Shown: positions 10,614-19,496, numbered from the stretch's first letter. The stretch: 64,000 nt of DNA from an uncultured delta proteobacterium (GCA_963743305.1 CAVUPH010000042.1:1-64000); one strand, 5' to 3'. Translations and numbers: made by a program. Notes: generated by a model not told the origin, from the letters alone.

Positions 10614-11042
10614 ATGGGAATACCGAAAATACTTTTTCTGTGCACCGGCAATTCCTGCCGCAGTCAAATGGCCGAAGGCTGGACCAAGGGCCTCAAAGGC
10701 GATCAACTGGAGGCTTATTCCGCCGGGATCCAACCGAAGGGCGTGGACCCCCGGGCGGTCAAGGTCATGGACGAGGCCGGCATTGATATTTCCGGGCAGA
10801 AGTCCAAGGACATCGACTCCCTGGGCAACCTGGAATTTGAATACGTGGTCACCCTCTGCGACAACGCCCGGGAGTCCTGCCCCTTCTTCCCGGCCAAGAC
10901 GAAGCGGGTCCACATGGGATTTGAGGACCCGCCCCTTTTGGCCGACGGCGCCGCGTCAGAAGAGGAGGCCCTGGTCCCTTACCGGCGGGTGCGGGATGAA
11001 ATCAGGGCTTTTGTCGAATCGCTTCCGGAAGGCCTCGGTTGA
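10614..11042 (+). CDS. arsC: Thioredoxin-coupled arsenate reductase (LMW-PTP fold)
   Basis: FLCTGNSCRSQMAEG, VTLCDNARESCP, FEDP, RRVRDEI. Confidence 0.92.
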   Translation: MGIPKILFLCTGNSCRSQMAEGWTKGLKGDQLEAYSAGIQPKGVDPRAVKVMDEAGIDISGQKSKDIDSLGNLEFEYVVTLCDNARESCPFFPAKTKRVHMGFEDPPLLADGAASEEEALVPYRRVRDEIRAFVESLPEGLG

Positions 11043-11190
11043 ATGGAATCTATCAGATATGCGGGATTCTACTTATTACCCTACCATCACCCAGAAGCCA
11101 CCCGCGAAGCATGAAAATTTAGGATTAGTTAAATATCAAGGGCACCCATAAATGTTGTGGCAGAAAATCCTAAATGAGGAGGAACGTAAA

Positions 11191-11322
11191 ATGCCGTCAG
11201 GAAAGGAAGTCAGACCGGAAAAGTGGGGCGAAGTCTTGGAACTGTACGACGACGGGAATTATTCGGCTATCTGGAGTTCATATGACGCTTTGAAGACCCA
11301 GAAGCGCCCCGAGTTCGATTAA
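11191..11322 (+). pseudogene. Short 43-aa ORF, probably a truncated hypothetical gene
   Basis: SD GAGGAGG then MPSGKEVRPEKWGEVLELYDDGNYSAIWSSYD...; its tail overlaps the convergent flavoprotein gene. Confidence 0.35.
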
Positions 11323-11678
11323 CCGCGCGCCCAGGTTCCTGGCCGATTCGATAGCCTCCGGGTCATCCGCTATTTCTCCCACCGCAAAAGCCCGGCCATG
11401 GACCCCTCGGTTGGCCGGTATCATCTCGTGTTCAGGAAAAAGGCCTGAATCGCCGTTATCGCGCTTTCCGCGCCATCTCTCCGGCCCACCACGACGGCGC
11501 CGCCAATCCTATTTCTCAGTTGCCCTTTGATGCACCAGGTGCGATCCATAAATATCTTGAGCTGCCCGGATACATTATTGATGAGGAAATCTCCTCCGGT
11601 TACGGATAAGGTTTCTTTCAGCAGGTAATCGGTGTTGCTGTTTTTCCTTGGGCTTCCGGAAATATACAAGACCTTCAT
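11278..11678 (-). pseudogene. Iron-sulfur flavoprotein/flavodoxin family gene with internal deletion and a frameshift
   Basis: ISGSPRKNSNT joined directly to NNVSGQLKIFMDR; the Cys cluster and GSPVY segment are absent; C-terminus HEMIPANRG... is in a shifted frame. Confidence 0.65.
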
Positions 11679-11709
11679 ACAAGATGCTCTTTCTTAAGCC
11701 TTGGCTATC

Positions 11710-12021
11710 TTAGACAGGGTTATTGGGTCGGTTGACTTCGTCCACTACCCGGCGGACGTCAGCCAGGCATCAGCGACCTTTCGGGTTTTTTGCGGCACAG
11801 TCACACCCACCGGCTTTCTTTGCGGCGGAGATCTTTTCCAGAATCAGGGAACGGCCATTCTTGATGAAATCCTGTTCGATATCCCGCCTGGTATGACCGA
11901 AACAGTAACAAACAAGATCGGTGGTCTGTTTTTCCTCGGGAATCCGGTCATCGGGACGACCCCAAGCGACCGGTATCGGTGCTGTCGGCACAATTAGATT
12001 AATTTCTTTCGCTTTTTTCAT
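11710..12021 (-). CDS. Putative selenoprotein, CopZ-associated/BFD-like [2Fe-2S] metallochaperone domain (...CDCAAKNPKGR-U-CLADVRRVVD...)
   Basis: VCYCF and CxCxxxNPxGxCC family motif with TGA (11770-11772) at the first Cys of CC; frame open to TAA at 11710; strong hairpin follows. Confidence 0.85.
11733..11761 (-). promoter_or_regulatory. Bacterial SECIS element candidate
   Basis: UGAC-GUCCGC [CGGGUA] GUGGAC-GAA-GUCA; loop begins 18 nt after the UGA with G at position 2. Confidence 0.75.
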
Positions 12022-12052
12022 AAGGTCGCCGAGTGACGGGAGAGCAGGATTC

Positions 12053-13212
12053 TTACTTTTTGGCCTCTCGAACCACTCCTCTGGCTATCCCTACTAAAAG
12101 CAGGAGGAAAAGTCCATATAACCCATAAAAGGAGGCATACCCAACGGAGGAAATTATTCTCCCTCCGATGGCCGTGCCTACGCCGCCGCCGCCCATGAAG
12201 CCGAAAGCCACCAAGGACATGGCGGTACCCCGGGCCATCTTGGCGAATTCCGTCGCGATGGTGATCAGACTGGAATGGGCCAGCATGAATCCAATACCCA
12301 ATAGGGCGATGGCTATGACCAACAGCACGGGTTGTGTAGTGACCGAGAATAGAAGACCATCGGCGATTACGGCCGAGAGAAGGCCAAGACTCAAGGTATT
12401 CAGCCGGCCGATTCGTTGCGCGATTTTTCCCACCAAGCGACCGGTAATCACCGCCCCGGCCCCGAAGGCGGTCAGGATCAAGCCGATAACAAAATAATTA
12501 TAGCTGAAGAGGTATTCGGTATAGGCCCCCAGAGTAGGAAAAAGAGCCGATGATCAGGATACCTTCGAGGAGAACGACGATATAAACCCAAAGACTCCGC
12601 ACATTACGCAGCAAGTCAACATAGGGCTTGAAAAAGCGACTGTTCGGGTTTTTCTTGGAGTGGGCCTGACTACCGACGAGGATCAACAGCAGGGTGGAAA
12701 TAACGGAAAGGGCGGCATAAGTGAAAAAGACCCCCCGCCAACTGACGAAATAGGCAATGGAGCCCCCCACCGCCATGCTCAATCCTTGCCCCAAAAAAGC
12801 GATTCCCATAAAGGTGCCGATGGCCTGCTGACGCCGCTCCATCGGAATCACATCCCCGATCAAGGCCAGTGAAATGGGCATGACCGAGGCCGCAAAAACG
12901 CCGGTGACGGCCCGGTACAGGGCCAGGTCAAAAAGGCCGAGGCCAAGCCCGCACAAGGCCGTGCCGACGGTGAAGAAGATCATGGAGAAGGTGATCACCG
13001 GTCGTTTTCCATAGCGGTCGGCCAGTGGTCCAAAGACCAACTGGAAGAGGCCGAAAGGGATCATATAGGCGCTGATCAACAGTCCGGCCCGAACCGGAGA
13101 AACCTGTAAGGACTTGGCAATAGCCGGGAGGATAGGGGACACCACCCAGTTGTCGGCCATGACCACAAAACCGGCCAGGCCCAGATATTAAAATAAGGCG
13201 ATTTTCATTCAT
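12053..13212 (-). CDS. MFS transporter; frameshifts near 13180 and 12520
   Basis: GPLADRYGKR motif A, multiple TM segments, ARGTAMSL; ATG overlaps the CDF stop codon. Confidence 0.85.
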
Positions 13213-14189
13213 TTCTTTTCCTTTTCCAATGGCTGTTTTTGGAGTGGTAACGGACCCTCCTGTGCGCATAGGTTGCACAAAAGATCCATGGGGGCATAGC
13301 CTTCCGTCTCAAACTGCAAAATGGGGTGATCGACTTTAAATCGGCGGTAGAGCAGCTCCCGGACCCGGGCGGCTATTTCATCCACCTTACTCAGTGGCTG
13401 GTCGGGTACAATGATATGGGCCGCCAAAGCGATACTTCCTGAGGAAGGGTTCCAGACATGGAGATGGTGCATGCCCTTAATACCTTCTAATGCCTCCACC
13501 TCCTGTTGTATGGATTGGAGATTCATGCCCGGAGGGGCGGCATTCATTAATATGAGCAGGGCCTCTTTAATAATTCCCCAGCCGCTATAAAGGATCAAGG
13601 CGACGATAGCCCAGGAAATCAGAGGATCGAGCCAGTACCAGGGACGGAAGATCCAAATTACGCCTAAAAGTGCCACGCCGATGGAAGTCAGGGCATCGAC
13701 GAGCATATGCAGGAAGGCCCCCCGCAGATTCAGATTTTCTTTCGCTCCGGAGTGCAATAGTAAGGTGGACAGGCCGTTGGCCGCAAAAGCGGCCAGGGCC
13801 ACCCAGATGACGATCGTTCCTTGAATAGGGACAGGATTTTTCAGGCGGCCCCAACCGGCTGCGGCGATATAAAAGGCGGCCCCGAAGAGGAGGGCCACAT
13901 TGAAGACGGCGGCCATCACCTCCACCCGCCGATAGCCGAAGGTTTGGTTCAGGCTGGGTCCTCGACCGCCGATCTTCAGGGCGGCATAACTGATCATCAA
14001 GGAGGTCAGGTCGCTCAGGTTATGCAGGGCATCGCTGATTAAGGCCATGCTGCCCGCTATGATCCCGGCATAGATCTCGATCAAGGGAATGATCAGATTC
14101 AGGATCATGGTCAGGATCAAACGCCGGCCCCAGGGGATTTCCGCTTGATTATGATTATGAGACCCTATTTCCAAGGCCGAGCCCTCCAT
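13209..14189 (-). CDS. czcD: Cation diffusion facilitator (CzcD/ZitB)
   Basis: SMALISDALHNLSD, TFGYRRVE, NLRGAFLHMLVD, HHLHVW. Confidence 0.92.
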   Translation of the reverse strand: MEGSALEIGSHNHNQAEIPWGRRLILTMILNLIIPLIEIYAGIIAGSMALISDALHNLSDLTSLMISYAALKIGGRGPSLNQTFGYRRVEVMAAVFNVALLFGAAFYIAAAGWGRLKNPVPIQGTIVIWVALAAFAANGLSTLLLHSGAKENLNLRGAFLHMLVDALTSIGVALLGVIWIFRPWYWLDPLISWAIVALILYSGWGIIKEALLILMNAAPPGMNLQSIQQEVEALEGIKGMHHLHVWNPSSGSIALAAHIIVPDQPLSKVDEIAARVRELLYRRFKVDHPILQFETEGYAPMDLLCNLCAQEGPLPLQKQPLEKEKK

Positions 14190-14896
14190 CACGAAAAAAA
14201 GAAGGGGTTAATGATAAAATAAATTCCCAGCATTCCGATAAGGACCCCGGCCAGGCGGCGGAACCATTGGCTGCCGGTCTGCCAGGACCGGTTTTCAACC
14301 ACTTTGCGGACGGCGGCGGTGGAACTCCCGGCAATGACGATGGGCAGGCAATGGCCGACGGCGAACAGCAGGATCAGCAGCAGGCCGAAGGACACTTCCT
14401 TCTGCACGGAGATAATGGCCAATATCGGGGCGATAAAACCAAAAGTGCAGGAACCGGAAAGCACCCCGTAGGCCAATCCCAGGATCAGTGCCCCGAAGAG
14501 ACCTTTCAACTTAAGGCGGTATAACAGACTGCCGGACATGGAAAACTTTTCCACTCCCAGCATGCCCAGGGCCACCCAGATCAGGATCACTCCCACCAGG
14601 ATCTGCCAATAGTTGCCGATATCGCCCAGTATCCGGCCGAGCAGCACGGAGATGACTCCAATCAGGGCAATGGTAATAAAAAGTCCGGTGGTGAAGATTA
14701 TGGAATAATAGCCCGCCTGCCGGGGCTGGAGGACCCGCTCCTGTCCTCCCACATAAGCCACGATCAAAGGGATGGAAGCCAGGTGGCAGGGGCTGAAGAG
14801 GACGCTGACCATACCCCAGAGAAAAGATCCCCAAAAGGCGATAGCCGTTCCCCCGGCCAGCCATTCGTTGATGGTCAGGAAAATTTGCTCCATCAT
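14189..14896 (-). CDS. ccdA: CcdA/DsbD transmembrane disulfide-interchange protein
   Basis: LFSPCHLASIPL and GSCTFGFIAP Cys motifs; about 6 TM segments. Confidence 0.88.
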   Translation of the reverse strand: MMEQIFLTINEWLAGGTAIAFWGSFLWGMVSVLFSPCHLASIPLIVAYVGGQERVLQPRQAGYYSIIFTTGLFITIALIGVISVLLGRILGDIGNYWQILVGVILIWVALGMLGVEKFSMSGSLLYRLKLKGLFGALILGLAYGVLSGSCTFGFIAPILAIISVQKEVSFGLLLILLFAVGHCLPIVIAGSSTAAVRKVVENRSWQTGSQWFRRLAGVLIGMLGIYFIINPFFFS

Positions 14897-14899
14897 CGG

Positions 14900-15286
14900 T
14901 TAATTGACCCCTAATTTTTTGAGAACGGCGACGATATCTTTTTCGCTCATGAAGCCTTCGTGGCGATAGACCTCTTTGCCTTTTTTATCGTAAAAAATCT
15001 GGGTGGGGATCACCCGGATCTTGAAGGGCTCGGCCCCGTCCGGATTTTTCCAGACATCGACAAACACAACGGCCGCCTTGCCCTGATAGACTTTTTCCAG
15101 TTTTTCCAGAATGGGCGCCATCATCTTACAGGGAATGCAGGAGCCGGCGCCCAGGTCCACCAGTGTGACCATTCCTTTGACCGGGATTTCCGGGGAAGGC
15201 CCGGCCCAGGAAGGTCCCACTCCCAGTATAACCAAAAATCCGATCAGGAGCACAACCCCAAGTTTTTGATAAGGCAGATTATTCAT
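14900..15286 (-). CDS. Exported thioredoxin-family protein
   Basis: Signal peptide, DLGAGSCIPCKMM, IPTQIFYD, RHEGF. Confidence 0.9.
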   Translation of the reverse strand: MNNLPYQKLGVVLLIGFLVILGVGPSWAGPSPEIPVKGMVTLVDLGAGSCIPCKMMAPILEKLEKVYQGKAAVVFVDVWKNPDGAEPFKIRVIPTQIFYDKKGKEVYRHEGFMSEKDIVAVLKKLGVN

Positions 15287-15321
15287 CTGTAATTTTCCTT
15301 CCTTTCAAATCATTCCGGCCA

Positions 15322-16242
15322 TCAATTGGTGAGACCCAATTGGGCAAGTTTTTTTTCGATTTCCACCTCGGGGAAAAAGCCGGAATGGCGGAAAACTTCG
15401 GTTCCGGTTTTATCAAAAAAGACCTGCACCGGGACGAACCGGATTCCAAACCGGGTGGCCAAGAACTGTTCTTCTTGAACATGAACGAAAAACACATTTA
15501 ATTTTCCCTGGTATTTCTTTTTCAGTTTGTCCAATATGGGGGTCATCAGATCACAAGGGCCGCAGCCGGTGGAGCCAAAATCCACCAGGCTCGGTTTCCC
15601 GGACAGGCGCAATTTGTCCACCGGATGGTCCCGGGCCAGAAGGGCCTGTTTTTTAATCCAGGACTCGTCCACATAAATCGAGCTTCGCCGGGACAAGGTC
15701 TGGATGTAGCTTTCCATCGCTTTTTTCTGTTCCTGCTGGAGAAGGACCATCCTCAATATGCCCCTGACCTCTTCCAGGGGCGCTCCACCGAAAGAGGACT
15801 TATTTTCCTCATAGGAGCGGATCAGGTCTTCCTCGGACACCTGGATGTTTTTCACCTTTTCTCCGAGAAAGTCGCGAATCATCTGAGTTTCGTCTTTGGT
15901 CTTTTTATGCCCGGCGGCCCGGGCTTCTTGAAGCACAAGAGCATTGGAAGCCAAGTTTTCCAGAAGAAAAACTTCGTTTTTCTTGAGTTGCGCCTGGAGG
16001 GGGGCGGGTGCCTTGTTAATGGTTTGCGCCAATTCGGCCGCTTTGATGGTCACTTTATCGACGGTCAGGAGCGTTCCCGGGGGCAATTTGGCCAGGTAGG
16101 CCGTTTTTAAAATACCGTCAGCCAATCCGGGATAGGTCGCCTCAACGGTTTTGTGATCCTGGGCCAGGGCATTTTGGAAGAACCCGAGAGTTAAAAACAG
16201 GAACGTCGTAAAGACCGCAGGGCCTATTCTCGGGAAGGGCAT
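15322..16242 (-). CDS. Exported protein with helical (SurA-N-like) region and C-terminal thioredoxin domain
   Basis: Signal peptide; DFGSTGCGPCDLM, VPVQVFFD, RHSGF. Confidence 0.8.
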   Translation of the reverse strand: MPFPRIGPAVFTTFLFLTLGFFQNALAQDHKTVEATYPGLADGILKTAYLAKLPPGTLLTVDKVTIKAAELAQTINKAPAPLQAQLKKNEVFLLENLASNALVLQEARAAGHKKTKDETQMIRDFLGEKVKNIQVSEEDLIRSYEENKSSFGGAPLEEVRGILRMVLLQQEQKKAMESYIQTLSRRSSIYVDESWIKKQALLARDHPVDKLRLSGKPSLVDFGSTGCGPCDLMTPILDKLKKKYQGKLNVFFVHVQEEQFLATRFGIRFVPVQVFFDKTGTEVFRHSGFFPEVEIEKKLAQLGLTN

Positions 16243-16330
16243 CTTTTTTCCACCTTTCTGATTTTGTATTTCCGATTTATGGAAGCACCGGCCAGGGTTA
16301 TCCGGACTGGTGCCTTTGATCTGTCACGTT

Positions 16331-16537
16331 CTAGCCACAGCAGGACGAACGGGAGGCGTCTGCCAGTGCCAGGGGGAGAATGATCTCCTGGACCTGAGAT
16401 CGGGGCCAGGGTCAGGTCGGGGCGACGCTGGCCCCGGTCGCTTTGGCGGCCTGATTGGACAACTCGGCCACATTCGAGCCACCCAAATGGGCCGGGATCA
16501 TGATATTCTCGGAAGGGGCGCAGCAGTTTTCAACCAT
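16331..16537 (-). pseudogene. Degenerate, internally deleted DGC-domain (putative zinc-binding) gene
   Basis: SD GGAGGAG; MVENCCAPSENIMIPAHLGGSNVAELSNQAA resembles DGC start ACSGGSNVGQLSNQAA; in-frame TGA, then ends SSCCG-TAG; the DGC core is missing. Confidence 0.6.
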
Positions 16538-16556
16538 AACGGCTCTCCTCCAAAAT

Positions 16557-16790
16557 CTATGGTTTAATCCACTTCAAAACTTCTTCTTTTTTCGGGATTT
16601 TTCCCATGGATCTAACCTGCCCATCCACCACCACGGCGGGCGTCCCAAAAACCCCGTAGCCGGCTATCTCCTTAATATCGGTCACTTTTTCAATTTCGGC
16701 CTGAACCCCGCTAGCGGCTACGGTTTCTCTAACTATCTTTTCCGTCTGCTGGCACCTCGGACAACCCGGCCCCAAAACCTTGATTTTCAC
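16557..16790 (-). CDS. Small redox-active disulfide protein 2 (MTH895-like thioredoxin)
   Basis: SD AAGGAGG plus GTG; KIKVLGPGCPRC, YGVFGTPAVVVDG. Confidence 0.92.
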   Translation of the reverse strand: MKIKVLGPGCPRCQQTEKIVRETVAASGVQAEIEKVTDIKEIAGYGVFGTPAVVVDGQVRSMGKIPKKEEVLKWIKP

Positions 16791-16903
16791 GGAATAACCT
16801 CCTTGGAGAATGACCACACCGCATGCTTTCTGATGGGGCCATTCGCGAATAAAAATTATATAATAACTATATGCCTATCAAGTTATAATTTCAACAAAAA
16901 AAT

Positions 16904-17230
16904 TTATAAATGGGAAAGGATTTCCCGCTGCTCCCGGGCTTGATTTTTGAGCATCAGAGAAACTCCATTGATCAGACCCAGGACTTCTTTGTTTTTAATC
17001 CAATAGAACACCCGCAGGCCTTCTTTTCTGGAGTCCAGGATCCCGGATTGCTTAAGGATGGTCAGGTGTTTGGAGACATTCGCCTGTTCCTGGTCGATAG
17101 CCGGGAAAATTTCACAGACGCAGCGTTCGCCGTTTTTCAATAAATCCAGGATCTGCAGCCGGGTAGGCTGTCCCAGGGCTTTGAGAAAAACCGCCTGGTT
17201 TTCATAGACTTTCTGTTGAATATTTTCCAT
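16904..17230 (-). CDS. ArsR/SmtB-family repressor
   Basis: KALGQPTRLQIL, ERCVCEI, QANVSKHLTILK. Confidence 0.92.
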   Translation of the reverse strand: MENIQQKVYENQAVFLKALGQPTRLQILDLLKNGERCVCEIFPAIDQEQANVSKHLTILKQSGILDSRKEGLRVFYWIKNKEVLGLINGVSLMLKNQAREQREILSHL

Positions 17231-17289
17231 AATTATATGGTTATATATATTATAATCGGACCCAAGTCAATAGAAAAATGACAGGAAAT

Positions 17290-17318
17290 AAAAAAGGGGT
17301 GTGAAACCACCCCTTTTT
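17290..17318. terminator. Bidirectional intrinsic terminator ending the sulfur-relay operon
   Basis: AAAAAAGGGGTG-TGAAAC-CACCCCTTTTT. Confidence 0.8.
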
Positions 17319-17341
17319 AGTAAATTAGAAGTAGGGACAGG

Positions 17342-17917
17342 TTATTCCTGGGGGATGCACTCCTTATAGTAGGATTTGTAATCCACGAATTCCCGGTCGT
17401 GGATCGGCCCTTTTTCCTTGAAGGGGTGGCCGTATTCCTCCACCTTGAAACGGCCCATGAAGCGATTCACCAAAGGATGCCCCAGTTTCATCCATTCCAC
17501 GACGCCGCCTTTGGCCCAATACACGTTCTTGTAGCCATACTTATACATCAGGGCCGTGAAGTAAGCGGAACGGTGAGCGGTTCGGCAAAAGATCCAATAT
17601 TCGGCGTTGGCATCGGGAAAGCGTTTGGGCAGGGTGTAGACATGGGACAGGGTCACCAGGTTGGTACCCTCGATATGCCCGGCATCGAACTCCGGATGGG
17701 TGCGGGCATCGATTAATATGGCCTTGCTCTTCCCGGCCTGGACCTCCAGCCAGACCTTGTTCAGGTCGGCCATTGTTTTAATTTTATCTTTGGGAATGGC
17801 CTTTTCCAGATCGGCCTTAAAGGCTTCTTCACCCTTGGTTACATCCTGGGCAGGGGAAAGGCCCGTAAAAGCAAAAAAGACAAACAAGAGACTCAGTACG
17901 CTAATTATTTTTTTCAT
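17342..17917 (-). CDS. Exported rhodanese-domain sulfurtransferase
   Basis: Signal peptide (..SPA-QD), IDARTHPEFDAGHIEG, active loop FCRTAHRS, KGGVVEW. Confidence 0.88.
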   Translation of the reverse strand: MKKIISVLSLLFVFFAFTGLSPAQDVTKGEEAFKADLEKAIPKDKIKTMADLNKVWLEVQAGKSKAILIDARTHPEFDAGHIEGTNLVTLSHVYTLPKRFPDANAEYWIFCRTAHRSAYFTALMYKYGYKNVYWAKGGVVEWMKLGHPLVNRFMGRFKVEEYGHPFKEKGPIHDREFVDYKSYYKECIPQE

Positions 17918-18027
17918 CCATATCCCTCCTGAAAATTAATTCATCCATTTAGAAAATTACCCAATTGCCGCCAATTTTTCAAAACAAAACAATACCACCT
18001 CCCTCCAGAGAGAATTTTAAGTTTATC

Positions 18028-18648
18028 TTAACATCCTTCATCTTTTAAAATCTTAAATCCACCCGGGGCCGGGGCGGGGGCTGGGGTCACCGGTGCCGCC
18101 GGCGCCGACGGGGCGGTTACCGCCGGTTTTTTGGGCTCCGCCGGTTTTTTGATTCCGGGGGCCGGGTAAGGCTTTTCTTTGGCGCCCGGTTTTTTTACCT
18201 CCGGGGCCGGATACGGCTTTCCCTTCCCGGCGGGGGGAATGGCTTTCCCCTTGAGCATTTTATCGAACAGAGTCGCCCCGTCAACGGCCGGGGCTTTAGG
18301 GGACGCCAGTTCTTGGGTCGCTTCCACTGGGGGGGCGCTGGAGAGGACAATTTTCCCATGATTCTTGTACTGCTCCCCTACCGTGTAAAAAAGGCTCAAG
18401 TCATAATATGACCAGGCTTTTTGGGAAGTAGGATCGGCCTGTACGGCTTTCCGAAAAAAATCCTTGGCCTCACTATATTTGGACCGGCTGAAGGATTCCT
18501 GCCCTTTGCGCAGCATTAAAGCGCAACGTTCCGGATCCACCTGAAGCGTTTGGCCGGTTCCGGAAGTCTGGGCATAAGCCCATTCCAAGCCCCACCCCAT
18601 GAGCAGGATGATCGCCAACCCCAGTACGAATAATTTCTTTTCAGCCAT
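18028..18648 (-). CDS. Exported TPR-like protein with long Pro/Ala/Lys-rich tail ending in ...ILKDEGC
   Basis: SD GGAGG; signal peptide (AYA-Q); GQESFSRSKYSEAKDFFRKAVQADP TPR-like segment; low-complexity tail; terminal Cys. Confidence 0.8.
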   Translation of the reverse strand: MAEKKLFVLGLAIILLMGWGLEWAYAQTSGTGQTLQVDPERCALMLRKGQESFSRSKYSEAKDFFRKAVQADPTSQKAWSYYDLSLFYTVGEQYKNHGKIVLSSAPPVEATQELASPKAPAVDGATLFDKMLKGKAIPPAGKGKPYPAPEVKKPGAKEKPYPAPGIKKPAEPKKPAVTAPSAPAAPVTPAPAPAPGGFKILKDEGC

Positions 18649-18680
18649 AAAACGCACCTCCCTACGAATTTTTCCCGGCA

Positions 18681-18854
18681 TTACCACCAGCTAATAACCT
18701 TATCATTGGAAAAAATCAATTCAACCAGTCGGTCGTAATCTACCGGCCCGGGGTAGAGGGGAAACCGAACGGCCTCCTGCCCTTCCGAGAGGATGGCGGT
18801 CAGTTTTTCCACATCCGGTGTGGGTTCGGACCGGAAAATGTGTAATACTTTCAT
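18681..18854 (-). CDS. 57-aa DsrH/TusB-like protein (absent from the ORF track)
   Basis: MKVLHIFRSEP...VDYDRLVELIFSNDKVISWW; C-terminus matches the DsrH-like DY..LV.L......VISW pattern; follows dsrE/F-like genes. Confidence 0.75.
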   Translation of the reverse strand: MKVLHIFRSEPTPDVEKLTAILSEGQEAVRFPLYPGPVDYDRLVELIFSNDKVISWW

Positions 18855-18877
18855 AAGAATCCTTTTCGTTAAATTCG

Positions 18878-19162
18878 TTAAAAGGGAATAATGAAGTCCA
18901 TCTCTTTTAGTCTCTCCCCCAGTTCCCCGATGGTGATGGGCTTAAAACCAAATTTTTCCACATTGGCCGGGATATTGGAATAGTATTCTCCTTCCATGTC
19001 AATAAACCAGTCCAGGTTCTCCTGGTAGGCCTCGGTCATCTCCACTTCGTGATCCAGGACCACCATGGTGACGAAATTATTTTCAATGACCAGACCCAGG
19101 CTGGAGCGCATCCCTTCCCACAGCTCATCTTTGGTTCGCACCAGAAAGGCTACTTTTTTCAT
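18878..19162 (-). CDS. DsrF/TusC-like protein
   Basis: KKVAFLVR...EGMRSSLGL...MDFIIPF; no Cys; position between dsrE-like and dsrH-like genes. Confidence 0.65.
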   Translation of the reverse strand: MKKVAFLVRTKDELWEGMRSSLGLVIENNFVTMVVLDHEVEMTEAYQENLDWFIDMEGEYYSNIPANVEKFGFKPITIGELGERLKEMDFIIPF

Positions 19163-19172
19163 AGTTTCTCCT

Positions 19173-19481
19173 TCACATCACCAGGTAACGGTCGCAGTCT
19201 TCGATCATTTCACCATGTCGGGCTTGAGTGGCGAAACCGGTTTCATCCATACCGGGAACAGTTTTACCCTTGAGCCCCTGGGCTTCAAACCCCACATTGC
19301 AGACCGCGTATTTGGCGTGGCCGACCAATTCCTGAAATTCCGGTTCCTGGGTCAACAGAACTCCTTTGTGCGAGAAAAAGAGAGTCACCTCTTTCCCGGC
19401 CCGTTCGGCCGCTTTGGTGATCTCAATTACGTGGCGAAGATGCCGGTCGGAGTTTACAAAAATTCCTAATTTTTCAGCCAT
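19173..19481 (-). CDS. DsrE-family sulfur-relay protein
   Basis: GKEVTLFFSHKGV, AVCNVG Cys, MIEDCDRYLV. Confidence 0.8.
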   Translation of the reverse strand: MAEKLGIFVNSDRHLRHVIEITKAAERAGKEVTLFFSHKGVLLTQEPEFQELVGHAKYAVCNVGFEAQGLKGKTVPGMDETGFATQARHGEMIEDCDRYLVM

Positions 19482-19496
19482 TTCTTTATCCTTTAA

